The position numbers were made by a program, and so were the translations under genes. The notes under the pieces are model-generated. The model saw nothing but the letters and a program-made list of their open reading frames with translations, was not told the DNA's origin and searched no databases. From a virus: a stretch of 64,000 bases of DNA. Shown here piece by piece: positions 1 through 7,922 of the stretch. Location: the IMG/VR virus record IMGVR_UViG_3300023208_000003, positions 32,001 to 96,000 of that record; one strand, written 5' to 3'. Each line of letters begins with the position of its first letter. Position 1 is the stretch's first letter.

Positions 1-978
1 AGATTAATTTTTGACACTGCGAATGTTCTTTTTAGAACTCACGCGGCGCATTCAAAATATCATTCTGATGGTGAAAATTTAGGTTTATGTCTTCATATTG
101 TGTTAAACACTTTTCTCAAATATTATCGTCAGTTTCAACCAGATCAAATCGCGTTGACTTTTGAAGGTTCAAATAACTGGAGAAAAAATTATACCAAATC
201 ACACGCATGTGTTTCAAAAAGAATCTATAAAGCCAATAGAGTAAAGGATCCATCAATGGAACCATATTTTGCTTTAATGAGATCATTTGAGCAGCTAGTG
301 CGTGAACATACAAGTCTTGTTTGTCTATCGGCGCCCGAAGTTGAAGGTGATGATCTTTTTGCTGGATATGTTCAACGATTTACTGAAGAAGGTGATGAAG
401 TTATTGGAATCTCTGGTGACAAAGATTTTGTTCAGCTCTTAAAATACCCAGGATTTAGATTGATTAATCCTGACGATGGTAAAGATAGAACATGTGAAGA
501 TCCACTTTACTTTATCTTTGAAAAATGCATTCGTGGAGATTCTGGGGATAATGTAATGTCAGCATTTCCACGAGTAAGAAAAACTCGTTTGAATAAAGCG
601 TACAATGATGAATATGAGCTCATTCAATTAATGCAGGAACAGTGGGAAAGTTCACATCCAGATACTGGTGAAACTTTAAAATTCACGGTGCAAGATTTAT
701 TTATCGAAAATATTTTACTAATGGATCTTGAAGCTCAACCTACAAATATTCGTGAAATTATTAGTAAAACTCTTGATCATGAGCTAACAAATCATGGAAA
801 ATTTTCATTATTTCATTTCCAGAAGTTTCTTGGAAAATATGATTTGCGTCAAATTTCTGATAATGTAATGCAATACGTTGATATGTTTAGCGTAACTGGA
901 TTACGCTCACCACATCACCAAACTGAACAACCAGTTAAAAATTCAATTACATCACCTGAATCGGCAATTATGTTTTGA
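1..978 (+). CDS. T4 RNase H / FEN-like 5'-3' exonuclease (5'-truncated by window edge)
   Basis: Frame is open from base 1 (RLIFDTANVLFR, the N-terminal LxDxxN motif). Acidic motifs EGDD, SGDKDF and GDSGDNV are typical of 5' nucleases. Confidence 0.85.
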   Translation, partial: RLIFDTANVLFRTHAAHSKYHSDGENLGLCLHIVLNTFLKYYRQFQPDQIALTFEGSNNWRKNYTKSHACVSKRIYKANRVKDPSMEPYFALMRSFEQLVREHTSLVCLSAPEVEGDDLFAGYVQRFTEEGDEVIGISGDKDFVQLLKYPGFRLINPDDGKDRTCEDPLYFIFEKCIRGDSGDNVMSAFPRVRKTRLNKAYNDEYELIQLMQEQWESSHPDTGETLKFTVQDLFIENILLMDLEAQPTNIREIISKTLDHELTNHGKFSLFHFQKFLGKYDLRQISDNVMQYVDMFSVTGLRSPHHQTEQPVKNSITSPESAIMF

Positions 979-1300
979 AGTTTGAAATTAATTGCTTTGG
1001 ATCTTCGCGCTTTAGAACTGACCAACCTTTACTCTTTCCTCTTGATACTGGGCTACTGTCTTTTTGCTGCGCCTTATGACGTAAAATTGAGTAGCCCAGA
1101 TTATAGAGTTCACAAAAACCTGTAATATCCTTTGTTATAAAAAATTTGCCTGTTGGGCTTTCTAATGTCCAAAGCAGCGCTCTGTGATGTCTGCCTCCCA
1201 TTAATCGTATTGAAAGTTTTATTCTCGTTGACATTGAACGAGTTTTACCGATTTTTGCTTGACTAATTTTTTGTTTGTGTTCAAATGTTAAATTGCGCAT
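968..1300 (-). CDS. NUMOD3-type DNA-binding protein (homing-endonuclease C-terminal modules only)
   Basis: EHKQKISQAKIGK and STRIKLS NUMOD3-like repeats, then a 'TLESPTGK..ITKDITGFCELYNL' HEG-type module. Strong GGAGGAG RBS. No nuclease motif. Confidence 0.65.
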   Translation of the reverse strand: MRNLTFEHKQKISQAKIGKTRSMSTRIKLSIRLMGGRHHRALLWTLESPTGKFFITKDITGFCELYNLGYSILRHKAQQKDSSPVSRGKSKGWSVLKREDPKQLISNFKT

Positions 1301-1315
1301 TTGCTCCTCCTTTAG

Positions 1316-1353
1316 TATTTATTGATAAAACACTTTAAAAAAGCAAATAAATA
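1316..1353. promoter_or_regulatory. Back-to-back late-type promoters (AATAAATA on each strand)
   Basis: AATAAATA on - (1316-1323) and on + (1346-1353), each upstream of a divergent gene. Resembles the T4 late TATAAATA. Confidence 0.5.
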
Positions 1354-1395
1354 CTTTTGAAATTAACACAACCTATTCCTTGGAGAATAATAAAA

Positions 1396-1902
1396 ATGTC
1401 ATCAAATCAAATAGAACAACGTTCACGTCAGAATTCTCGTCAAGCCGCAGTTAAAAATCAATTTGAAGGCAAAAAAACTAATCTTCCTCACATTGAATTA
1501 ATTGACATTGATGAAACTGGTCTTTTAAAAGAAGTTGCAGTTGTTAAGCGTGAGTCAGATGGAACTCTTTATTACATTGACATTGATGTTTTACATCCTG
1601 TCGATAAGGCACGAATCAAGAAGATTGTAACTTCTGTACACGCCGATAAATACCCCCTTTGGGAACTTATGAGTCAAGCCACTTTGAATAATGGTCTTAA
1701 TGCGCTTGATTATTTCCACTATAACATGGTTAAAGTAAAGCGTCCAAAGGGTGTACGCGCTGCTAACCAAGTTAACTCCATCGCTAATGTAAACGTCAAC
1801 ATGTCTGAAAACATGATCGGTTCTGAATTTACTAATCCAGCAGAAGCTGAACTTGATATGAACACACAGTTATTTAATAACGGTGTTCGTTCTGCGCTAT
1901 AA
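1396..1902 (+). CDS. Hypothetical protein
   Basis: ORF with GGAG RBS before ATG 1396, followed by a terminator. Confidence 0.75.
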   Translation: MSSNQIEQRSRQNSRQAAVKNQFEGKKTNLPHIELIDIDETGLLKEVAVVKRESDGTLYYIDIDVLHPVDKARIKKIVTSVHADKYPLWELMSQATLNNGLNALDYFHYNMVKVKRPKGVRAANQVNSIANVNVNMSENMIGSEFTNPAEAELDMNTQLFNNGVRSAL

Positions 1903-1955
1903 AACCATAAATTTTATAAGACCATAGGCTAATCTCCTGTTAACTTGGATGCCTT

Positions 1956-1987
1956 AAGAGGGAAGCTAATAACTTCCCTCTTTTTTT
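1956..1987 (+). terminator. Rho-independent terminator
   Basis: AAGAGGGAAG-7nt-CTTCCCTCTT stem followed by a T-run. Confidence 0.85.
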
Positions 1988-2176
1988 ATGTCATATAAAA
2001 ATCCATTAAAAATTCAAAAAATGAGAAAGCTTCGTTTTCGAAAATTGCTTTCTTTTAAGATCAAAGCGTCTCAAAAAATCCCAATAAAATTACGTGTACG
2101 AATTTCTAGAGCTAAATATATCAGACTTTTTTGGAAATTCTTCAACAGAAGATAGCCAAACTATTTTAACCTCTAC

Positions 2177-2184
2177 TATAAATA
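2177..2184 (+). promoter_or_regulatory. T4-type late promoter TATAAATA
   Basis: Exact TATAAATA 46 nt upstream of the tail fibre gene. A gp55-like sigma is encoded in the window. Confidence 0.75.
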
Positions 2185-2229
2185 AACTAGAAAATTCTTA
2201 AAAATCTCGTTAAGGGAGCAACAAGACAA

Positions 2230-3657
2230 ATGGCTTATATAATTAATAGAACGGCTAATGGAGTAGTTTTAAACATGACTACTTCTGAAATAAATGGACC
2301 AGGCCAAACAAATAGCAATTTTGACTTTTCGTTAATTGGTGAAAATAACACCAATTGGGGTGAAGCTTTAAACGAATCGATATTTCGGTTAGCTGAAAAT
2401 TTTGCGTGTCCTGAATTAACATCGGGAGTGCCAAAAAATTCATCTAATCTTGGTGTCGGTTTTGGTATCAATAACCCAGTTATTGGTCAAACTTGGTTTA
2501 ATACATCAACTGATACTCTATATGTTTACACTACAGCTAATACTTGGGCGCAAGTTGGTGCAGGATTGCAAGCAATTCCCGACCCACTAACTCTTGGCCA
2601 AGTTATTTTAACTACTGTAGTTGATGATGCATCAGCAGATAATGTTGCGGCAACGAAAAAATATGTTTTTGACCGTTCATCAGCGTCATATAATTCAGGA
2701 ACTGGTGTTCTAACAATTGGAACGCAATCGTTCAACCTACCGACTGCAACTGGTGGCGCACAAGGTCCTACAGGTGCAACTGGCCCACAAGGTCCTACAG
2801 GTGCAACTGGCCCACAAGGTCCTGCTGGTCCAACTGGCCCACAAGGTCCTGCTGGTCCAACAGGACCACAAGGTCCTGCATCATTTGGATTTGGTGTAAT
2901 TGATACTAACAAGTCATTGACAGCAACTGATCAATGGACATTAAAATACAAAGATTTTATTGGTCCTGCAGCTGGCACATCAGGTAATACTTATTCATGG
3001 ACTCCTCCAAATACTTTAATTAATGCAGGTGGTTTAGTATTCATTGAACTCGTTGGCGGTGGTGGCGGTGGTGGTGGCAACGGTCATAAAGCGGTAAGTG
3101 GATCTACTTGGTTCTCTGCCGGTGGTGGTGGTGGCTCTGGGTATTATGTTTCATATTGGGGTCGCTTAACATCGACAGCAGCAATTAGCATTACTGTTGG
3201 CGGAGGCGGATTGGGTGGAACAGGAAATTCAACAAATGGTGATGAGTATGGTCACTCAGGTTACAGTACAACTGTTTCAGGAAACGCATTGCCTTCTTTA
3301 ATCGCGGCAGGCGGAGGTGGTGGCCATGGTTGGCAAGATATGTCAAGAGCAGGATATGGTGCTGATCCTGGTAATAATGGTGTTTTTTCAACTACTGCTA
3401 ATAGAAACGGTGGAGCTGGTGGTAGTGGTAAAACTTTTTACGGAGTTTCAGCAAACTTAGCATCAGATGGTACTAATAACTCAGATGTATCGGTTCCAAT
3501 TGGAGGTTGGGGCGGGCCTAAGGGTGGTGGCAATGGTGGTGGCGGAGGTGGTGGCGCATCACGCCCATCTAGCGTAAATGACATCTGTCCTGGCGGCAAA
3601 GGTGCCACTGGCCATGTTCGAATTTGGGCATGGGTACCAAGTAACGTGACACTTTAA
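2230..3657 (+). CDS. Tail fibre-like protein with collagen-like and glycine-rich domains
   Basis: N-terminal virion attachment-like segment, (GPQ/GPT/GAT)n collagen tract and C-terminal GGGGG-rich domain. Late promoter upstream. Confidence 0.75.
   Translation: MAYIINRTANGVVLNMTTSEINGPGQTNSNFDFSLIGENNTNWGEALNESIFRLAENFACPELTSGVPKNSSNLGVGFGINNPVIGQTWFNTSTDTLYVYTTANTWAQVGAGLQAIPDPLTLGQVILTTVVDDASADNVAATKKYVFDRSSASYNSGTGVLTIGTQSFNLPTATGGAQGPTGATGPQGPTGATGPQGPAGPTGPQGPAGPTGPQGPASFGFGVIDTNKSLTATDQWTLKYKDFIGPAAGTSGNTYSWTPPNTLINAGGLVFIELVGGGGGGGGNGHKAVSGSTWFSAGGGGGSGYYVSYWGRLTSTAAISITVGGGGLGGTGNSTNGDEYGHSGYSTTVSGNALPSLIAAGGGGGHGWQDMSRAGYGADPGNNGVFSTTANRNGGAGGSGKTFYGVSANLASDGTNNSDVSVPIGGWGGPKGGGNGGGGGGGASRPSSVNDICPGGKGATGHVRIWAWVPSNVTL
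2761..2880 (+). repeat. 27-bp tandem repeats encoding collagen-like Gly-X-Y
   Basis: caaggtcctacaggtgcaactggccca x2, then caaggtcctgctggtccaactggccca-like copies. Confidence 0.9.
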
Positions 3658-3668
3658 GGAGAAAACAC

Positions 3669-4079
3669 ATGACAACATTCGCTTTAATTAATTCAAACAA
3701 CATTATTGAGCATTTGCTTTTAGCTGAATCAAAAGAAGCAGCTGAAGAGTTTGGATTTACCGCTATTGAAATAAATGAGACAAATCCACCTAAACTCGGT
3801 TTCGTCTATGATATTGATTCTGATACATTTTCTAATCCAGATGCTGGTGTAGAAGATCCAAATAAAATTTTAGATCATGAAGTTAATTTCATGACATTAT
3901 TTTCGCCGGCTGATTTAGGAGCAATCTATACCAATGCAGGCTCAAATATTCAAACTGCAATTATGTTAGATAAACTCAGAACTACAAATATGATTTTTAT
4001 GAGTTCTGACACTGAGGTTTCTACGTGGCTTGACGCACTTGTAACTGCAGGTGTACTTAGCGAGAAGCCAGTGATATAA
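3669..4079 (+). CDS. Putative tail fibre assembly/accessory protein
   Basis: Directly follows the fibre gene with an AAGGAG RBS. Has a 'FALINSNNIIE...GFVYD..SDTFS' pattern like fibre chaperones. Confidence 0.55.
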   Translation: MTTFALINSNNIIEHLLLAESKEAAEEFGFTAIEINETNPPKLGFVYDIDSDTFSNPDAGVEDPNKILDHEVNFMTLFSPADLGAIYTNAGSNIQTAIMLDKLRTTNMIFMSSDTEVSTWLDALVTAGVLSEKPVI

Positions 4080-4099
4080 TTTAACAACGTAATAGCTTA

Positions 4100-4123
4100 T
4101 AAGGGCAGCACGTGCTGCCCTTA
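4100..4123 (+). terminator. Perfect 24-bp palindrome, probable terminator hairpin
   Basis: taagggcagcac|gtgctgccctta immediately after the stop at 4079. No strong T-tract. Confidence 0.6.
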
Positions 4124-4356
4124 GTAATCTATAGGAGGGTATAATTAGCGCGTAAAATCATTATCATTTAATTTTTGTTTTTAAAATCAAACACGCACCG
4201 GCTGAAACACGCCACACTTCAAATTGACATGCCTAATGTCAAATCTAAATACTTAGCGCTACTATAAAGGCTGAGACCAGAGTTACCAACAAAAAAGGAA
4301 GTCTGTTGGAAACCGCAATCTAAACACTTGCGTGTTACAATTATGAGGGAGAACTC

Positions 4357-5076
4357 ATGAGACTCACTAAAACACTAGTGACGGCTGCGTCTCTGTTATT
4401 TTTTACAGGTATGACCACCGTCGTGGAAGCGAAATCCCATAAGGCTAAACATCACGTTGTTGGGCATTCGTCACACAAAGGGGGAAAGCATGATCATGTA
4501 CGTCATGGCAGCTTTTCAGAAGAGCAACTCAACATTTTATCATTCGCACACAAGGTAGGTGTACGTGATAGACTGTGGAACCCTAAGATATTACAGGGTA
4601 TTTTGCTTCAAGAATCAAGTGCAACCAACCCGCCAATCGGTAAGCATAGCTACTATGGTGTAGGTCAAATAAAGGTTGGTACCGCAATGGAGGTTCTTGA
4701 TCAATATCCTAACTTGAAGACCGATTATGGGGTGAAAACGAGAAATCATCGTGAAATTGCTAGAAAGTTAGCAAATGATCCACACTTCAACATTGAAGTT
4801 GCATCAAAGCTTTTGAAAAATTATCACGCTGAAAAGTCTAACGATTCATTTGCCATAGCGGCATATAATCTTGGGTTAGGAGGAGCTAGACATCGACGTA
4901 ATCACGACAGTCTTGGTTATGTTAGAGGAGTAAAACACAAGATGACTTGGCTAGCTTCAATTGAACCTTGGCAGCAACCAGAAGTTGCAAAGCCTAAACC
5001 ACTTTTTGGCGTAGATGCACCATTTCCTACACATTCAGAGAAAAAGGGAAGGGTCTACGCAGTCTTGATGCCTTAA
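4357..5076 (+). CDS. SLT-family lytic transglycosylase with N-terminal signal peptide
   Basis: Hydrophobic leader ending VEA, His/Lys-rich linker, and SLT motifs LLQESS (catalytic Glu), GVGQI and AAYNLG. Confidence 0.8.
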   Translation: MRLTKTLVTAASLLFFTGMTTVVEAKSHKAKHHVVGHSSHKGGKHDHVRHGSFSEEQLNILSFAHKVGVRDRLWNPKILQGILLQESSATNPPIGKHSYYGVGQIKVGTAMEVLDQYPNLKTDYGVKTRNHREIARKLANDPHFNIEVASKLLKNYHAEKSNDSFAIAAYNLGLGGARHRRNHDSLGYVRGVKHKMTWLASIEPWQQPEVAKPKPLFGVDAPFPTHSEKKGRVYAVLMP

Positions 5077-5082
5077 ACATTT

Positions 5083-5113
5083 AGAGGGGAACTTTGGTTC
5101 CCCTCTCTTTTTT
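5083..5113 (+). terminator. Rho-independent terminator
   Basis: AGAGGGGAAC-TTTG-GTTCCCCTCT followed by a T-run. Confidence 0.85.
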
Positions 5114-5114
5114 G

Positions 5115-5143
5115 TGTACTAAATCATAAGTTATTGATATAAT
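5115..5143 (+). promoter_or_regulatory. sigma70-like promoter (TGTACT-N17-TATAAT)
   Basis: Consensus -10 and 17-nt spacer directly upstream of primase. The same architecture recurs at 22663 and 63100. Confidence 0.65.
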
Positions 5144-5150
5144 ATTACAT

Positions 5151-6113
5151 ATGATTGCATTAGGCCAACTTATAAAAGAACATGTTTTGCTTGGAAAAGA
5201 ATCCAATAAAGGTTTCTTTCCATTAAAATGCCCACTATGCAATGATTATAAAGAAAGAGCTGGATTTAAATTTTCTGAAACAAGCGTTGGATTTCACTGT
5301 TTTAATTGCAGTGTCAAATTAATTTATAATGAAGGTGATATTTCACTTTCACATAAATTTGAAAAACTTCTTAAAGAACTCGACGTTCCAAATTATGAGC
5401 AAGCAATTGGTCAGGGGTGGATTAAAAAACAATCTGAGCCCGAAATAATCACGCTTCAGTCGCTCACTGCTAAAAAGACTACGACTCCTGAAATTAAATT
5501 ACCACAGGGTAGTATCCTTTTAGGTAAAGTTGGTTTGGAAGACGCACAAAAACAAGCGATTGCGTACCTAGAAAGTCGTAAAATTAACCCAACTTCTTAC
5601 CCATTTTATGTAAATGGTTCAGATTGGCTAAAAAACAGAATAATTATACCGTGCTATAGAGCCCGCAAATTAATTTACTGGCAAGCTAGAACCGTTGTAA
5701 ATAACCAGCCACGTTATTTAAGTTGTTCTGCCGTTAAAGACGCTGTTATGTTCAACATGGATGAATTAAATCGCTGGTCAAGTCTTCCACTTTTTATTAC
5801 TGAGGGGATTTTTGATGCCTTACAAGTAAATGGTGTAGCACTTTTAGGTTCTACTTTAACAGAACCTAAGTTAGAATTACTTAGTAAAAGTAAACGACGT
5901 CTTATCTTTGTCATAGACCAAAATCAAAATGGAAAGCTTCTTGGTGAAGAAGCCTTAGCTAATAACTGGGAAATTACATTTCCTCCTGGAAACAAAACTG
6001 ATATTAATTCGGCTATACTTCAGTATGGTCGTCTCTTTACCACCTATACGTTGATGAAAAGCGCTGCTCGTGGTTTTGATGCGCAAGTTCAATTAAACGT
6101 AAGGTGCACTTAA
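5151..6113 (+). CDS. DNA primase (Zn finger + Toprim)
   Basis: CPLC...HCFNC zinc finger, RIIIP, YWQAR and FITEGIFDAL Toprim motif. Confidence 0.9.
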   Translation: MIALGQLIKEHVLLGKESNKGFFPLKCPLCNDYKERAGFKFSETSVGFHCFNCSVKLIYNEGDISLSHKFEKLLKELDVPNYEQAIGQGWIKKQSEPEIITLQSLTAKKTTTPEIKLPQGSILLGKVGLEDAQKQAIAYLESRKINPTSYPFYVNGSDWLKNRIIIPCYRARKLIYWQARTVVNNQPRYLSCSAVKDAVMFNMDELNRWSSLPLFITEGIFDALQVNGVALLGSTLTEPKLELLSKSKRRLIFVIDQNQNGKLLGEEALANNWEITFPPGNKTDINSAILQYGRLFTTYTLMKSAARGFDAQVQLNVRCT

Positions 6114-7447
6114 TGGATTTAGAAAAACAAAAACTTCTTCTTCAATGTCTTCTCTCTTCCCCTGATTTATTTGCCCGTTGCTCCGCAATTTTAAAGCCGG
6201 ACTATTTTGATGCCGCGCTTAAAAAATCAGTTAACTTTGCATTAGCTTTTTTTGAACAATATCACATTGTTCCAAAACTTGAAATAATGAAAGCAGAAAC
6301 TGGCTTTAATTCTGAACATATCAGTTTAGATAAGCAAGAGTTAAAATTTGTAGCTGATGAAATTGAACATTTCTGCAGAGAACAGGCAGCGCGCCTTACA
6401 ATTCTACAAGCACCTAAGCTAATGGAAAAAGGCGATATGATGGGTGTTCTTGAAATGATGAAGCAAGCTGTTACAATTAGCTTGCTTCGTGATTTAGGGC
6501 TTGATTATTTCAAAGATATTGAAAGCAGATTGCTTGGCGAACTTGAAAATCCACCTCTTATTTCAAGTGGGTGGAAAGATGTTGACGCAAAGCTTGGTTA
6601 TCTTGAACGTCAAACGCTGTTATTATTTTCTGCAAATTCCGGCGTAGGTAAATCAATCAGCATGGCCAACCTCGCTGTAAATTTACTGCAGCAAGGTTTA
6701 AATGGAATTTATTTTACACTTGAGATGTCTGAATCAAGAATCGCAAAGCGATTTGATTCAATGATTTCAGGCGTCAGTCAAGCCGAAATTCTGAAAAATA
6801 TAGGAGTTGTTGCCAACACGATTGAAGGTGCTAGCGTTAAGATGGGCAACCTTTACGTTAAACGTTTGCCTGAATCTACTACAAACGCAAATCACATCCG
6901 CGCCTACTTAAAGGAGTTTGAACAAACAAATGGATTCATACCTGATTTTATTGTTGTTGATTATCTTGATTTGATGGCGTCAACGCGAAATGTTTCTGCT
7001 GAAAATTTATTCATCAAGGATAAGTACGTAGCAGAGGAACTTCGCGCTATTGGTTTTGAATATGACTGCTTAGTTATTACTGCATCGCAGTTAGGACGAG
7101 GGGCGATTGAAGCTGAAAAAATTACTCAAGCTCACGTTCAAGGTGGTATTTCAAAAGTTCAAACAGCCGACGCAATGATAGCAATCGTTCAAACAGAAGC
7201 AATGAAAGCTGCAGGTGAATATATCTTTGAATATCTCAAAACGCGAAATTCTGATGGTGTAGGTAAGAAAACGGTTCTTCGTTGGAACCCATTAACTTTA
7301 CGAGTTACCGATCTTGATGTTCAACCTGAGTTTAAAATTGACACAAGTGTTAAAAATAAACCAAAGCTTTCAAGCTTAGGAACAAAATTCAATCCAATGG
7401 GTTCAGCTGACGCAGTGTTTGCTGCGTTTGATGCGTTTGATACCTAA
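6104..7447 (+). CDS. Replicative DnaB/gp41-like helicase
   Basis: Walker A ANSGVGKS, FTLEMS, Walker B VVDYLDL, TASQLGR and K.RN motifs. Confidence 0.92.
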   Translation: MHLMDLEKQKLLLQCLLSSPDLFARCSAILKPDYFDAALKKSVNFALAFFEQYHIVPKLEIMKAETGFNSEHISLDKQELKFVADEIEHFCREQAARLTILQAPKLMEKGDMMGVLEMMKQAVTISLLRDLGLDYFKDIESRLLGELENPPLISSGWKDVDAKLGYLERQTLLLFSANSGVGKSISMANLAVNLLQQGLNGIYFTLEMSESRIAKRFDSMISGVSQAEILKNIGVVANTIEGASVKMGNLYVKRLPESTTNANHIRAYLKEFEQTNGFIPDFIVVDYLDLMASTRNVSAENLFIKDKYVAEELRAIGFEYDCLVITASQLGRGAIEAEKITQAHVQGGISKVQTADAMIAIVQTEAMKAAGEYIFEYLKTRNSDGVGKKTVLRWNPLTLRVTDLDVQPEFKIDTSVKNKPKLSSLGTKFNPMGSADAVFAAFDAFDT

Positions 7448-7528
7448 AAAGTGCTTTCTGGAAAAGATAAATAATGTTAGCGGATACCCGCTCAAAACCA
7501 TAACAATTAAAAATGGAGATTTATACAA

Positions 7529-7795
7529 ATGGCAGAAGAACTAAAAACATTAACAATCGACGGCGTTGAATATCCTATCGCTGATTTTTCTGAAAAAGTA
7601 CAGAGACTAATTGGAATTCACCAGGCTTGGGAAGCTGATGCAGCTTCTAAGCGTCTTGAAGTTGCTAAGTCAGAAGCAGCACTTCGTGATCTTACTCGTG
7701 AAATTCTTTCTATTGTAAAGGAAGAAATTGAAGCTAAGAATGCACCTGCTGAAGTCGTTGCTGATAACACAGTTTCTACTGAATCAGTAAATTAA
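7529..7795 (+). CDS. Hypothetical coiled-coil protein
   Basis: GGAG RBS, highly expressed-type codon usage, terminator downstream. Confidence 0.75.
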   Translation: MAEELKTLTIDGVEYPIADFSEKVQRLIGIHQAWEADAASKRLEVAKSEAALRDLTREILSIVKEEIEAKNAPAEVVADNTVSTESVN

Positions 7796-7847
7796 TATGC
7801 TTTAAAAAGCATATTGTTTAGCTTTAGAAGCTTTTTAAAGCACATAT

Positions 7848-7878
7848 TAATGGGAAGGGTTTTACTCTTCCCATTTTT
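7848..7878 (+). terminator. Rho-independent terminator
   Basis: ATGGGAAGGGT-TTT-ACTCTTCCCAT followed by TTTT. Confidence 0.75.
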
Positions 7879-7879
7879 G

Positions 7880-7887
7880 TATAAATA
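7880..7887 (+). promoter_or_regulatory. Late promoter TATAAATA
   Basis: Exact match 36 nt upstream of ATG 7923. Confidence 0.75.
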
Positions 7888-7922
7888 GCAAATCAATAAT
7901 ATTATGTTTGAGTTAAATTGAA

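Noticed and set aside
1990-2170. Possible replication origin or ncRNA in the AT-rich intergenic gap
   Set aside because: Only short imperfect inverted repeats (e.g. GAATTTCTAG / CTAGAAAATTC) in very AT-rich DNA. No iterons or recognisable RNA family.
2526-2912. GPC/GPV-repeat antisense ORF
   Set aside because: Reverse complement of the collagen-like repeats.
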